A stretch of DNA of 61,515 nt, the filler included. It is 6 parts of 6 records of this genome, joined end to end, with 100 filler letters (N's around TTAATTAATTAA, not from the genome) between each part and the next. Parts side by side here need not be neighbours in the genome. Positions count along the whole stretch, not along the records: positions 1 to 17,603 come from SRR20825010_182; positions 17,704 to 27,314 come from SRR20825010_185; 4 more parts are not named here. One strand, written 5' to 3'. Shown here piece after piece: positions 10,509-20,676 of this stretch (positions within the stretch are counted from its first letter, which is position 1; the number at the start of each line of letters is the position of its first letter). A program made the position numbers and the translations under genes. The notes below the pieces were generated by a model that worked only from the letters and a program-made list of their open reading frames with translations, ran no database searches and was not told where the DNA came from.

Positions 10509-11243
10509 TTATTGAAAATACGATAATAGGTCTGCCTTTTTGGATGCCGAAACGGAGAGTTCCTTACCATTTGACAGTACCACACTGCCACCTTTGCCCT
10601 TTTTATATTTCATCACTTCGGCAACATTCACCAAATAGGATTTATGGATTCTAGCAAATGAATAGGATTGCAGGGCTTCTTCAAAATATTTGAGGGTTTT
10701 GCTTACTACAATTTTCTTTTTCTCAAGATATATTTCTGTATAGTTATCATCTGCTTTGCAAAAATAGATATCGGCAACATCAAGCACTTGGAAACCATCT
10801 TGCTGGGGCAGTGTTATTTTTCCCTCGGCCTTTACAGAACGGGCCTGCAGTACCTGTCCCTCCAATGCATTTTCCTTTTCTTTGATGCCCCGCACATACT
10901 CGACAGCCTTTATCAACTCATCAATATTGATGGGCTTCATCAAATAATAGGCCGCATGATGATTGAGTGCATCCATGGCGTACTGGTTATAGGCCGTCAC
11001 AAAAATGGTCTCAAAAGTACGTTCCGGGATTTGGTCCAATAGGTCGAAGGCATTGCCAAAGGGCATTTCCACATCCAAAAAGACCAAATCTGGATTGTGC
11101 TTTTTAATTTGCTGCAATCCTTCCTCTATCGTGGCGCCTTCCCCTAGCAAGGTGATGTTCTCACAATATTTGGACAAATAGTTTCGAAGAATTTCGCGGC
11201 TGTTCGCCTCATCTTCTACAATGACCGCCTTTAGTTCCATCAT
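10509..11243 (-). CDS. LytTR family response regulator
   Basis: Receiver domain (VEDE, FLDVEMP, TAY, KP) plus LytTR domain (FARIHKSYLVN). Confidence 0.95.
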   Translation of the reverse strand: MMELKAVIVEDEANSREILRNYLSKYCENITLLGEGATIEEGLQQIKKHNPDLVFLDVEMPFGNAFDLLDQIPERTFETIFVTAYNQYAMDALNHHAAYYLMKPINIDELIKAVEYVRGIKEKENALEGQVLQARSVKAEGKITLPQQDGFQVLDVADIYFCKADDNYTEIYLEKKKIVVSKTLKYFEEALQSYSFARIHKSYLVNVAEVMKYKKGKGGSVVLSNGKELSVSASKKADLLSYFQ

Positions 11244-13453
11244 TGTTTTTTAAGTTTTAGGGATACCCTTGTACCCGTTTGGTCACTGTTCAAATCAGCA
11301 ATGGACACATCAACCTTGTTTTTGTACATATCGTTCAAAATCTGGATGCGTTTTTTGATGTTGCCCATGCCTTTTGATTTCTGTTTCTTTTGATTGGCCG
11401 TCTTCAATTCAGCGGACATTTTTCTTCCAATACCGTCGTCCTCGATACAGATTTCGAGCATATCTTCCGTGATTTGTCGCACTTTGATTTTGAGGGAACC
11501 CTTTTCTTCCTTGTAACGCAACCCATGCCAGATGGCATTTTCAATATAGGGTTGAAGCAACATGGGCGGGATTTGAAAGGCATCCACATCTATTTTTTTA
11601 TCCACGTCTATTTCGTAATCAAACTTGTCGGAAAACCTTGAATGTTCCAATTTTATGTAAAGTTCCAACAGCTCCAGTTCCTTGGCCAATGGAATAAAAT
11701 CTTCTTCAGAATTTTCGAGTACACTACGCATCAATACGGAGAACTCGCTTAAAAATCGGTTGGCGCTCCGCTCATCGCTCTTGGCTATATAATTGTTCAC
11801 CGAATTGAGCGCATTAAAAATAAAATGCGGGTTCATTTGGGTTCTAAGCGACTTTAACGCTAAAAGGTTGTTGGCCAATTTTTGCTGTCTATTGCTCCTG
11901 TAATACAAGAATGCGGTGAGTGCCATCAGAGCAATTCCGAATATCAGGGAATAGATGATCCATTTTTGACGCTTGCTGGTCTCTTCGTACAATTGTTGCT
12001 CCGTTACGGCAAGGCTATATTTGCTTTGACTGAGCTCCCTTTCCTGTTCCAAACTGGAAATTCGGTTTTGCGTGTTGGCAATCTCACGATTAAACCGTGC
12101 CGCCCTCGAAATCTCCTGTTCCTTGCGCACGTAAAGGCTATCCACCACGGCCACATAATCTTGGTAGGACTCCAAGGCCTTGCCATAATCACCTTTATAG
12201 CCGTAGACTTCAGAAAGTTTTCGCGTAGCGTCCTTTTGTACCACAAGGTCATCATCCTTGTCCGCTTCCACGATACTTTTTTCCAGATATGGAATTGCTT
12301 CCTCCAATTTGTCCTGGGCGATATAGGCATTGGCAATTTTATAATTGATGCGCTGAGAGGTTATGGTATCCCGGGTATTGATTCCCTGTGCCCTTGAGGC
12401 CACACTGGACCTTGGCATCTGCTTTAATTCATCCAGATTTCTTTTTCTCAACTGGATCTCATCATCATATCGGCTTTTCTGATTGTAGAAATCGGCTACT
12501 TTTTCACTTTCCTGTATCAAGCGTTCGGGCGCTACTTCTTTTGAAAGGCTTAATGAATTTTGATAAAATCCTTCGGCCTCTATCACTCTGTCCTCACTGG
12601 CAAAAACATCCGCAATTTTAGAGTTGAGGTCGATTTCCTTGGGAGAGATTTGGTTTTTTTCTGCGATAACTAGACCCTGTTGATAATACCCTTGGGCATC
12701 TTTCAATTTACCCAATTCCTTATTGGCATCGCCTAAAGCTTCAAAAAGTTCGATTCGCTGGTAGGGCACCATGTTCCTTACCGTTACCAGAGGTTCTAGA
12801 ATGGAGATGGCGCTTTCATAGTTTTTATTTAGAACATAAGCTCGTCCCAACAGTATTTTGGTCTTGTTCGATTCCTGTGCGGCCAAGGCATCCTTAAAAT
12901 TGGTGATGGCCAAATCGTACTGTTCGTGGAACATATAGATTTCGCCCAAAGTACGTAACGAAGCGGAAAATTCATTTTTATTCCCTGAGCTGCCCAAAGA
13001 TTCCATTGAGCGTGCGATAAAATCGATGCTCTTTTCCAAATCGGTTTTCTTGTAAGCGTTGGCAGAATCCAAAAACCGTTGATGGTCTGCAAGGGAACTC
13101 CTTGAACTTATGGACTCCCGTTTTTGCTTTTTCGAAACCCCACCGTAATAACCTTCCACCAACACATCCACATCCTCACCCGATTTGATACGGTAACGCA
13201 CTGTTTCCAGTTCCGGGCTTTCAACCATCAATATATCTCCTATGGAAGCCCTGATAATAAACTCCCCCAAGGCATTTGTAGTGGTAAAGGCTCCTTTATC
13301 GGTGGATACGCGAACTCCAGAAATTGGGGCATAGTTTTCCTTGCCCTTTACAGAGCCTTTGATTTGCATTTGACCCTGTGCATTTCCCACTTGCGCCAGA
13401 GAACCCAACGAGGTGAAAAGAATCAATAGTAATATGTAAATATTGCGAGTCAT
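11240..13453 (-). CDS. LytS/YehU-type sensor histidine kinase with periplasmic TPR region
   Basis: QMNPHFIFNALNS H-box, LLQPYIENAIWHG, DDGIG; TPR-like helices, one TM helix; ATGA overlap with the regulator. Confidence 0.93.
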   Translation of the reverse strand: MTRNIYILLLILFTSLGSLAQVGNAQGQMQIKGSVKGKENYAPISGVRVSTDKGAFTTTNALGEFIIRASIGDILMVESPELETVRYRIKSGEDVDVLVEGYYGGVSKKQKRESISSRSSLADHQRFLDSANAYKKTDLEKSIDFIARSMESLGSSGNKNEFSASLRTLGEIYMFHEQYDLAITNFKDALAAQESNKTKILLGRAYVLNKNYESAISILEPLVTVRNMVPYQRIELFEALGDANKELGKLKDAQGYYQQGLVIAEKNQISPKEIDLNSKIADVFASEDRVIEAEGFYQNSLSLSKEVAPERLIQESEKVADFYNQKSRYDDEIQLRKRNLDELKQMPRSSVASRAQGINTRDTITSQRINYKIANAYIAQDKLEEAIPYLEKSIVEADKDDDLVVQKDATRKLSEVYGYKGDYGKALESYQDYVAVVDSLYVRKEQEISRAARFNREIANTQNRISSLEQERELSQSKYSLAVTEQQLYEETSKRQKWIIYSLIFGIALMALTAFLYYRSNRQQKLANNLLALKSLRTQMNPHFIFNALNSVNNYIAKSDERSANRFLSEFSVLMRSVLENSEEDFIPLAKELELLELYIKLEHSRFSDKFDYEIDVDKKIDVDAFQIPPMLLQPYIENAIWHGLRYKEEKGSLKIKVRQITEDMLEICIEDDGIGRKMSAELKTANQKKQKSKGMGNIKKRIQILNDMYKNKVDVSIADLNSDQTGTRVSLKLKKQ

Positions 13454-13560
13454 ATGTTAGGTAAACATACTGCTTCCCAAGCATTTTAAAAAATGGCCAC
13501 CTACCGAAATCCACTAAAAAACACCTCTATTTTACCACCTTACGAAGTTATTGGTTCCTT

Positions 13561-13590
13561 TCACTCATTTGAAATGCCATGTCACTCATT
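13561..13590 (+). promoter_or_regulatory. Probable LytTR regulator binding site
   Basis: TCACTCATT at 13561-13569 and 13582-13590 with a 12-bp spacer, between the kinase and the divergent vWA gene. Confidence 0.65.
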
Positions 13591-13650
13591 CCCGATTTTA
13601 ATTGAACAAAGTTGCCGATACATTTACCTCAACTTTAAAATTATTGCATC

Positions 13651-14826
13651 ATGAAACATATGAATTACTTTTTAGGCTCTGCTTTTCTGTTATTTATGAC
13701 AGGTACAAGTTACGGTTGCAACCTTAATGCACACACGAAAGAGAAAACAACTTTGGTCACGCAATCCACTGCTGAAAAGCCTTCGGAGCAATACGTTAAA
13801 ATTGCTCTATTGTTGGATACCAGTAACAGTATGGACGGTCTTATCAATCAGGCAAAGGCACAATTGTGGGACATTGTCAACGAGTTTACCCATGCCAAAT
13901 GTGGCACCAATGTGCGACCATCCCTTCAAATTGCCCTTTACGAATATGGGAATGACAATCTTATTTTCCAGGAAGGGTACATACGTCAGGTTCTAGGCTT
14001 TAGTAATGATTTGGACGAAATTTCAGAAAAACTTTTTTCGTTGACCACCAATGGTGGCGAAGAATATTGCGGACAGGTTATCAATACGTCATTAAAACAA
14101 TTGGATTGGGGCAAGAATGCTGATGACCTTAAAATGATATTTATCGCGGGGAACGAACCCTTTACCCAAGGAAAACTGGATTATAAAGAAGCTACAACCC
14201 ATGCCAAGGAAAAGGATGTTATCGTAAATACGATTTTTTGCGGCAATTACGAGCAAGGTATTTCCACGATGTGGAAGAACGGTGCCACACGTACCGGTGG
14301 AGAATACATGGCCATTGACCATAACAGGCAAGTCGTTCATATTAACACACCCTACGATGATGTTATCATCAAATTGAACTCCAAATTGAACGGCACCTAT
14401 ATTTCCTACGGTTCCGTTGGCAGGCAAAAAAAGGAGCTTCAATACGCACAAGATGCCAATGCTGCCGAACTGGAAGAGGTGGTCGCCGTGAAAAGAGCAG
14501 TAAGCAAAAGTTCCAGATTGTACAAAAACTCGACATGGGACCTTGTAGATGCCGCCGAAGATGATGAATCCTTGATTGCGGAGCTGCCACAAAAAGATCT
14601 GCCCGAAGAACTTCGAGGAAAATCCGAAAGTGAAATCAAGGCTTATGTAAAGCAAAAGAAAGCGGAACGGGAAGAAATCCAAAAACAGATACAGGAACTC
14701 AATGCCAAACGTGAGGTTTACATTGCCGAGCATCAAAAGGAAGAAACCGGAGAGTTGGAGAATGCCATGCTATCCGCCATAAAGGCTCAAGCCTCCAAGA
14801 AAAACTATACTTGGGACAAGAAATAA
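13651..14826 (+). CDS. von Willebrand factor A domain protein, exported or lipoprotein
   Basis: MIDAS motif LDTSNSM, signal ending SYGC, C-terminal coiled coil. Confidence 0.85.
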   Translation: MKHMNYFLGSAFLLFMTGTSYGCNLNAHTKEKTTLVTQSTAEKPSEQYVKIALLLDTSNSMDGLINQAKAQLWDIVNEFTHAKCGTNVRPSLQIALYEYGNDNLIFQEGYIRQVLGFSNDLDEISEKLFSLTTNGGEEYCGQVINTSLKQLDWGKNADDLKMIFIAGNEPFTQGKLDYKEATTHAKEKDVIVNTIFCGNYEQGISTMWKNGATRTGGEYMAIDHNRQVVHINTPYDDVIIKLNSKLNGTYISYGSVGRQKKELQYAQDANAAELEEVVAVKRAVSKSSRLYKNSTWDLVDAAEDDESLIAELPQKDLPEELRGKSESEIKAYVKQKKAEREEIQKQIQELNAKREVYIAEHQKEETGELENAMLSAIKAQASKKNYTWDKK

Positions 14827-14847
14827 CATTGACGCTTTTTGAGTTTT

Positions 14848-14880
14848 AAATGGCCCTTCACAAAAAGATGGGCCATTTTT
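14848..14880. terminator. Bidirectional terminator between convergent genes
   Basis: AAATGGCCC...GGGCCATTTTT inverted repeat. Confidence 0.6.
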
Positions 14881-15874
14881 AATTGTTGGCCGCAGGACAA
14901 TAACAGTCGTAGCGCTTGCCTTGATCGCTTTGTCCAAAGTCGTATCCCAAAGTGATTTGATGAAAGCCACCATTATCAAAACGAATGTCCCCTGACTGAT
15001 AGGAATAGTTGTAGGAAAACATAAACTTGTTCACATTGACCCCGATGATCGGAGTGAACAATTGCAGGCGCTGCTCCCCAAAATTCCCGTTGGATTGAAA
15101 TTGTGCCCCATCAAAACTACGACGGTAGGACAATCCGGCCCAAACGGTTCCAAAACTCACATCTCGATATACCTTTGCGTTCAAATCCACGGTCTTCTCT
15201 TTGGTAAAATCCGTCATTTGGAACAAAATGGAAGGCTCTATTCGGGTAGTCCTTCCAAATACATAACCAACAGAGAACAAATACCGTCGTAAGTTATCAA
15301 ACTCCGCGGCAGTGTAGAGGTCTCGCCCACTTCCCAAAAGGTTCAAGACAGCGACATGTGCGTAAAACTCGAACAAATTATAGGATGCCCCTAAGTCGAC
15401 ATTAAAATAACTGGTAGTATTTTTTACCCCAGTAACCACTGGGTCAGGAATTACGGACCTGAATTCAGTTTCGTCCAAACTACTGAGAATCACACCGGCA
15501 CTCAATCCAAAGGATAATTGGTTGAGTGTCCTAAAATCACCTGCCAATTGTAAATGATGGGCATAAGTTGCCTTAAAACCAGTCTGCGAATGATATCCAT
15601 TGGAATCGTTAAAGAGTATGCCCCCTATTCCACTGCGCTCCCCTACTCGGGAATTAATGTTCAGTGTTTGCAGACTGGGCGCCTCGTCCACATTGAACCA
15701 CTGCTTTCGTGCCGTAAGACGAATTTTGGTGCCTTCCGAAATACCTGCCATGGACGGATACACCAAATAGTAATTGTCCGCCAAGTAATCGAAATACACG
15801 GGAATACCTTCTTGGGCCTTGGCAAAGGAGCCAAAAAACAAGGCTATAAACATTGAGGTTAAGATTCGTCTCAT
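14879..15874 (-). CDS. Type IX secretion system PorP/SprF family membrane protein
   Basis: YPSMAG, ARKQW...APSLQT, FNDSNG, HQITLGYDF motifs. Confidence 0.88.
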   Translation of the reverse strand: MRRILTSMFIALFFGSFAKAQEGIPVYFDYLADNYYLVYPSMAGISEGTKIRLTARKQWFNVDEAPSLQTLNINSRVGERSGIGGILFNDSNGYHSQTGFKATYAHHLQLAGDFRTLNQLSFGLSAGVILSSLDETEFRSVIPDPVVTGVKNTTSYFNVDLGASYNLFEFYAHVAVLNLLGSGRDLYTAAEFDNLRRYLFSVGYVFGRTTRIEPSILFQMTDFTKEKTVDLNAKVYRDVSFGTVWAGLSYRRSFDGAQFQSNGNFGEQRLQLFTPIIGVNVNKFMFSYNYSYQSGDIRFDNGGFHQITLGYDFGQSDQGKRYDCYCPAANN

Positions 15875-15975
15875 CTGACGGTTGGGGCTAGTGATTATCG
15901 AATACTGTAAAACACTTAAATAACGATAAGCTTGTCACATTATTATAATATTTTGCTGCGCATCGCAACTATTGG

Positions 15976-15983
15976 TATTTTTG
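15976..15983 (+). promoter_or_regulatory. Bacteroidota promoter -7 element for the NifU gene
   Basis: TATTTTTG just upstream of the ATG at 15999. Confidence 0.5.
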
Positions 15984-15998
15984 CAACAAATATTCAAG

Positions 15999-16895
15999 AT
16001 GAAAGAGTTCAATATCACGGTTGTTACCACCAACAACCCCAAGATAATAAAATTGGAGGCCAATCATTTTTTGGTAAAGGGCAATTACGAATTTAAAAAT
16101 ATTGACGAGGCCAAAAATTCCCCGTTGGCCCAGCAACTTTTTTACCTTCCGTTTATCAAGACCGTCTACATTGCCAGTAACTTTGTGGCATTGGAACGTT
16201 TTGACATTGTGGAGTGGGATGATGTAAAGGATGATGTGGCCCAGCAGTTGGTCGAGTACCTAAACGCTGGTGAGCCGGTCGTAAACGAGGAGGCGGTTAC
16301 CAAAAAAGAGCCGATTACAGTATATGCTGAGGTAACACCCAACCCGGCCGTAATGAAATTTGTTTCCAACAAAAGGATTGTTCCCTCTACCTATGAGTTT
16401 AAAAACATTGACGAGGCCAAGGATTCCCCATTGGCGAAGGAACTATTCCATTTGCCTTTTGTAAAAGAGGTTTTTATGGATGAAAACTACGTTTCCGTTA
16501 CCAAATACGAAGTGGCCGATTGGGAAGAAATCAATATGCAATTGCGCGAATTTATCCGCGATTACCTTGCCGATGGCAAGGAAGTGGTAACTGCAGAAGC
16601 TATCCAAAAGGGCAAGGAGACTATTGAGCAGAAAAAATCTGGAACAGATTACGATGACACATCATTACAGATCATAGATATTTTGGAAGAATATGTAAAG
16701 CCAGCCGTTGCCGGTGATGGCGGAAATATCCTTTTTCAATCCTATGAAGAGCAAAGCGGTACTGTTAGCGTTATTCTCCAAGGAGCATGTAGTGGTTGTC
16801 CATCTTCCACATTCACCTTAAAGAACGGTATCGAAACGATGCTTAAGAACATGATGGGCGATAAAATCAAGGAAGTGGTGGCCCTTAACGGATAA
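15999..16895 (+). CDS. NifU/Nfu-type Fe-S cluster carrier with two N-terminal Nfu_N domains
   Basis: TPNP, duplicated SPLA..LF.LPF motif, DGG...GACSGCPSS; ATG at 15999 preferred over the TTG. Confidence 0.92.
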   Translation: MKEFNITVVTTNNPKIIKLEANHFLVKGNYEFKNIDEAKNSPLAQQLFYLPFIKTVYIASNFVALERFDIVEWDDVKDDVAQQLVEYLNAGEPVVNEEAVTKKEPITVYAEVTPNPAVMKFVSNKRIVPSTYEFKNIDEAKDSPLAKELFHLPFVKEVFMDENYVSVTKYEVADWEEINMQLREFIRDYLADGKEVVTAEAIQKGKETIEQKKSGTDYDDTSLQIIDILEEYVKPAVAGDGGNILFQSYEEQSGTVSVILQGACSGCPSSTFTLKNGIETMLKNMMGDKIKEVVALNG

Positions 16896-16965
16896 TTAAC
16901 TAGGTTACTGCCAGATTCCCATCAAAATTTGTTATCTTAAAGGGAATCTAAAAAATACATTGACC

Positions 16966-17166
16966 ATGGCAGTTTTAAAAGTTATCGAAGTATTGGCCAA
17001 TTCCAGCAAAAGTTGGGAAGATGCGACCAACAACGCGTTGGAGCAGGCCTCAAAATCAGTTAAGAATATTCGTTCCATCTACATCAACGAGCAGAGCGCT
17101 ACCGTAAAAGATGGAAAAATTGACAACTACAGGGTAAACGTTAAGATTACCTTTGAAGTACAATAA
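16966..17166 (+). CDS. Dodecin family protein
   Basis: [15 protein letters not shown]...YRVNVKITF. Confidence 0.9.
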   Translation: MAVLKVIEVLANSSKSWEDATNNALEQASKSVKNIRSIYINEQSATVKDGKIDNYRVNVKITFEVQ

Positions 17167-17182
17167 CAAAAATGAAGAAAAC

Positions 17183-17213
17183 AAGATGCGTCCCGAAACG
17201 GACGCATTTTTTT
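17183..17213 (+). terminator. Intrinsic terminator after dodecin
   Basis: ATGCGTCC-CGAAAC-GGACGCAT followed by a T-tract. Confidence 0.75.
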
Positions 17214-17233
17214 ATGCACAAATCTGCCGTTTG

Positions 17234-17603
17234 ATGAAAAAAGTGCTTTTCTTCATACTAGTTGTAACCTCAGCCTTGGGCTGCAAAAAAAATTCAGACA
17301 AAGTGAGCCATAAACATACCAATGCACTTATAAAAGAGACCAGTCCCTATTTATTACAACACGCCCACAACCCGGTAAATTGGGAAGCTTGGAGCCCCGA
17401 TGTGCTCAACAAGGCAAAAAAGGAAGATAAACTTCTGCTCATCAGTATCGGATATGCCGCCTGCCATTGGTGCCATGTGATGGAAAAAGAGTGTTTTGAG
17501 GACGAAGAAGTGGCCCAAGTGATGAACGAGAATTTCATCAATATAAAGATTGACAGGGAAGAACGGCCCGATGTGGACCAGATTTACATGGATGCCATCC
17601 AGA
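17234..17603 (+). CDS. Thioredoxin-domain protein (YyaL/SSP411 family), 3' truncated by contig end
   Basis: [31 protein letters not shown]. Confidence 0.9.
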
Positions 17604-17703
17604 NNNNNNNNNNNNNNNNNNNNNNNNNNNNNNNNNNNNNNNNNNNNTTAATTAATTAANNNNNNNNNNNNNNNNNNNNNNNNNNNNNNNNNNNNNNNNN
17701 NNN
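17604..17703. other. Artificial contig linker
   Basis: N44-TTAATTAATTAA-N44; stops in all six frames. Confidence 0.99.
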
Positions 17704-17834
17704 CTTGAAAAATAAAATTTCTTGGGTCTCGAGCGGACAACATTACCCTAACAAATCATTGCCCATTTAAAATCTATCAAACTCATTTTTTTTTGAATAA
17801 GCTATTGATGAAAACTTCTTTTAGCTTATCATTT

Positions 17835-18368
17835 TTATAAAGCTACTATACTTGTGACTATAATTCCATTAAAGCAATCGTCCATACATCCTTTTTCGAC
17901 ATAGCCGCAGGTAGAAATTAATCCATTATTCTCGGATTCAAAGTATGAGGTGGAATTTTTTCTTTCTATTAACCATTCCTGTTTAGCCTTGTCGTAAATT
18001 TCATCTAAGGTTAATGCAGTGTAGGCACTAGTTTGTTGGTGTTCCAAACTATTAATTTCATTTTCATTCTCTGTCCATTCCAATTCGTCTACAGGTACAA
18101 ACTCTTCTGCTCCGGAGGTGTATCTAAAAGCTCTTTTTATAATTACCCCGCTTGAAACGGTTATAGTTGTTTCCCACCCAAAAGTTGTCAAAATAGATCC
18201 ACTGGACACCACATACTTATAGGAATTATTGGATGATGCCTTAAAATCCAACCAAGCTTCTTGGCTATTTTCAAAATCATTTTGGTGGTTTATGTCATCA
18301 TCGGTGGAGCAGGAAGATATGGAGACACTTATTGACAACAATAGAATGAGGTAAATTTTGTTTTTCAT
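17835..18368 (-). CDS. Hypothetical lipoprotein
   Basis: MKNKIYLILLL...SSC lipoprotein signal at ATG 18368; C-terminal CG...GCMDDC. Confidence 0.75.
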   Translation of the reverse strand: MKNKIYLILLLSISVSISSCSTDDDINHQNDFENSQEAWLDFKASSNNSYKYVVSSGSILTTFGWETTITVSSGVIIKRAFRYTSGAEEFVPVDELEWTENENEINSLEHQQTSAYTALTLDEIYDKAKQEWLIERKNSTSYFESENNGLISTCGYVEKGCMDDCFNGIIVTSIVAL

Positions 18369-18521
18369 GGTTTTTTTATAATAGATATGAGATGTACCTA
18401 TTGGTTGCGTCAAAATGTTATGAACACTCCTGCAGGTTTCTAGTATAGTGACGGGGAAAAAAATCCCACCGCTAAGGCACGCACTTGTCGTGGAAATTAA
18501 AGAATGGAAAAATACAGCCAT

Positions 18522-18552
18522 AAAAAAAGCAGCTCCTTAAAGAACTGCTTTT
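18522..18552 (-). terminator. Intrinsic terminator
   Basis: AAAAAAAGCAGCTC...GAACTGCTTTT hairpin after the 18578-18949 gene. Confidence 0.6.
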
Positions 18553-18577
18553 AAATAAGATTAAAAAGAGTTGTGGA

Positions 18578-18949
18578 TTAACCCTTTACCGTGACCTTTT
18601 CTACAACAATAGATTTTATGCCATCTTTTTCCACCACTTTTCCGGTTACTTCTACCGTTTCAGCAGCGTTTGCAATGGCCTGTTTATAGGCATCGGCGGC
18701 GTTGTGGTCTTCCACCAAAAGATAGACCATTCCGTCTTCGCTGAGAATGCCGGCAGGTAATCCTTTATCCAAACAGGCCTGGGCGCATTTTTTGTGGCCT
18801 TGTCCCGTAGCTTCTTGCGTAACATAACAAGACATGTCCAAAACTTCTCCTTTTATGGTTTCACTGCTTTGGGCAAAAGCGTTGGATGAGAACATAAAAA
18901 GAAAAGCCGTCAATAATAATCCGAAATAAGGAGTTTTTGTATGTTTCAT
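18578..18949 (-). CDS. Exported hypothetical protein with Cys/His cluster
   Basis: Signal peptide ending AFA; GEVLDMSCY...GHKKCAQAC...G.PAG. Confidence 0.75.
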   Translation of the reverse strand: MKHTKTPYFGLLLTAFLFMFSSNAFAQSSETIKGEVLDMSCYVTQEATGQGHKKCAQACLDKGLPAGILSEDGMVYLLVEDHNAADAYKQAIANAAETVEVTGKVVEKDGIKSIVVEKVTVKG

Positions 18950-19150
18950 AGTTGATGGTTTTGTTAAACGGTTTACTTCTAAAAATACGATAAAAATGGC
19001 AGATATTTGTATGATTGTAAGGAAATTATAGGGCGATTGCTAGAATTGTTTTCAAAAAAAGTTTTAAAAAAATTCATTAGTTTAGTCCTGATGTAGAGGT
19101 ATTTGTGGTCTTTTATTATTGAAAGTATTGCTTTTTTTGTACAAGAAATT

Positions 19151-19639
19151 ATGAATCCGAGCTTAAAGATCGTCCTTGTATTACTTGTGGTATTCCTACT
19201 GCTCCAAATACCCATATTTAATCCTGAAAAAAATTATGTGGACGCCGATACCGAGGTGGACATTACGGACATCTATGAGGTGCCAATGAATATCCAAATG
19301 GATCTGTATGTGGCCTGCTATGATTGCCATTCCAATTATACCGAAGATTATCCCTGGTATTATAACATACAACCTGTAAGTTGGTGGATGAATAGCCATA
19401 TTAAGAATGCCAAACAGGCTTTGAATTTCTCCGAATTTGCTACCTATCCCCCGGATACTGCGGTAAAGAAATTCGAAAACCTTCACAAGGTCATGAAAGA
19501 GCAGAGCATGCCGCTTAAATCTTACCTATGGCTGCATGATGAAGCCAAACTGACGGACAAACAATACCAACAACTTGCCGACTGGGCAAAAGAAATGCAG
19601 CAAAAAGTGGAGCAGGAAACTGATTCCACCCAGAATTAG
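19151..19639 (+). CDS. Haem-binding domain protein (c-type cytochrome)
   Basis: ACYDCHSN, YPWY..IQPVSWW, LNFSEF, MPL.SY...H. Confidence 0.88.
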   Translation: MNPSLKIVLVLLVVFLLLQIPIFNPEKNYVDADTEVDITDIYEVPMNIQMDLYVACYDCHSNYTEDYPWYYNIQPVSWWMNSHIKNAKQALNFSEFATYPPDTAVKKFENLHKVMKEQSMPLKSYLWLHDEAKLTDKQYQQLADWAKEMQQKVEQETDSTQN

Positions 19640-19706
19640 TTGAACTGGCCCTGTTTTTTAAAAGGTTCACCATTTGCATGTTAAAAGCTAAGGACTTTTT
19701 AAAATG

Positions 19707-20522
19707 CTAGTTATCTTTTATTTCTGCTAACTCAATATTTAGTTTTTGGTCTCCATAATTCACATAGTTCAACTTTACAAACCCAAATTTTTCATGAAAC
19801 CAATAGGTTACTTCAGAACGGCCAAGGTCAAAGTTTGATACAGCTTTAACTTTCCAACAGTTTTCCAGTTCTCCGTAGTTTGTTTGTATTGTTTCTATGG
19901 ATAGTACCTCGAAGGTACTTCTTACATTCATATATGACCAATCTCCCCAACCTTCCTGCAATTTTATATCATTGTCCGTCCATTTTTTTCCTACACTCAA
20001 AGGAAATTTAATTTGTGGAAATGGAGCTACCTCTGTGAAGTTATATTGGTTAGACCTGAATGGATGCATCCATATTTCTTCCACATTCTCTCTTATTCCT
20101 GTACTTACAGTTCGGCTCCATTTATTGTAAATAGCGCTCTTGTTGAGTTGATATAAATTAATACTATCAATAGACTCCTTATCAAATTCATATTTTAGTA
20201 GAATCTCGTCTTGTTTTTCGGGATTATGTTCCCATCTCTTCCCTGTTGCCATTAATAAAATACGCTCCTTGGATATTAATTCATTGGATGCGCTATAGAA
20301 TGCTGCATCAAAAGCGTAAATTCTACAGGGTTTAAAGACTTCTCTTCTTTTTTCTATTCTTAAAACAGAATCTAATTGAGGAGTCATTTCTCCGCTTATG
20401 CTTGCTCTATATTCATACTTTGGCATGGGTTCTGGTGCGCACCTAAAGTCAATACTTTTTTTGTTTGTGCAACTCCCAAAGAGCAGGACAATAACAAAGA
20501 ATAGGTTTAGTTTATATTTCAT
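19707..20522 (-). CDS. Hypothetical lipoprotein (candidate cassette gene)
   Basis: MKYKLNLFFVIVLLFGSC lipobox at ATG 20522; WMHPFR.NQY.FTEVAPFP; C-terminal YWF...GFVK. Confidence 0.8.
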   Translation of the reverse strand: MKYKLNLFFVIVLLFGSCTNKKSIDFRCAPEPMPKYEYRASISGEMTPQLDSVLRIEKRREVFKPCRIYAFDAAFYSASNELISKERILLMATGKRWEHNPEKQDEILLKYEFDKESIDSINLYQLNKSAIYNKWSRTVSTGIRENVEEIWMHPFRSNQYNFTEVAPFPQIKFPLSVGKKWTDNDIKLQEGWGDWSYMNVRSTFEVLSIETIQTNYGELENCWKVKAVSNFDLGRSEVTYWFHEKFGFVKLNYVNYGDQKLNIELAEIKDN

Positions 20523-20676
20523 AGCAGGTAATAGTGGTTTATGAATCGCAGCGTAAGACACTTGGGCAAGCAGTAAGTAAACCGATGCCTTCAATTGGTT
20601 CGATAGCTGGTTGGGGAAATAGGCGGTTTTCTTATAAAACATGACAATTAACTTGTTTATGAGACATGTGTTAGCC
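20523..20676 (-). repeat. Degenerate attC-like junction
   Basis: GGCTAAC overlaps the upstream stop; TCTCATAAAC...GTTTTATAAGA imperfect inverted repeat; ATTACCTGC just before the next ATG. Confidence 0.4.

Noticed and set aside
16086-16460. Direct DNA repeat TTTAAAAA(T/C)ATTGACGAGGCCAA...TTCCCC.TTGGC
   Set aside because: In-frame duplication of the Nfu N-terminal domain inside one gene; not CRISPR or a mobile element.
17648-17659. TTAATTAATTAA repeated five times in the window
   Set aside because: Synthetic six-frame stop linker inside N runs, not a biological repeat.
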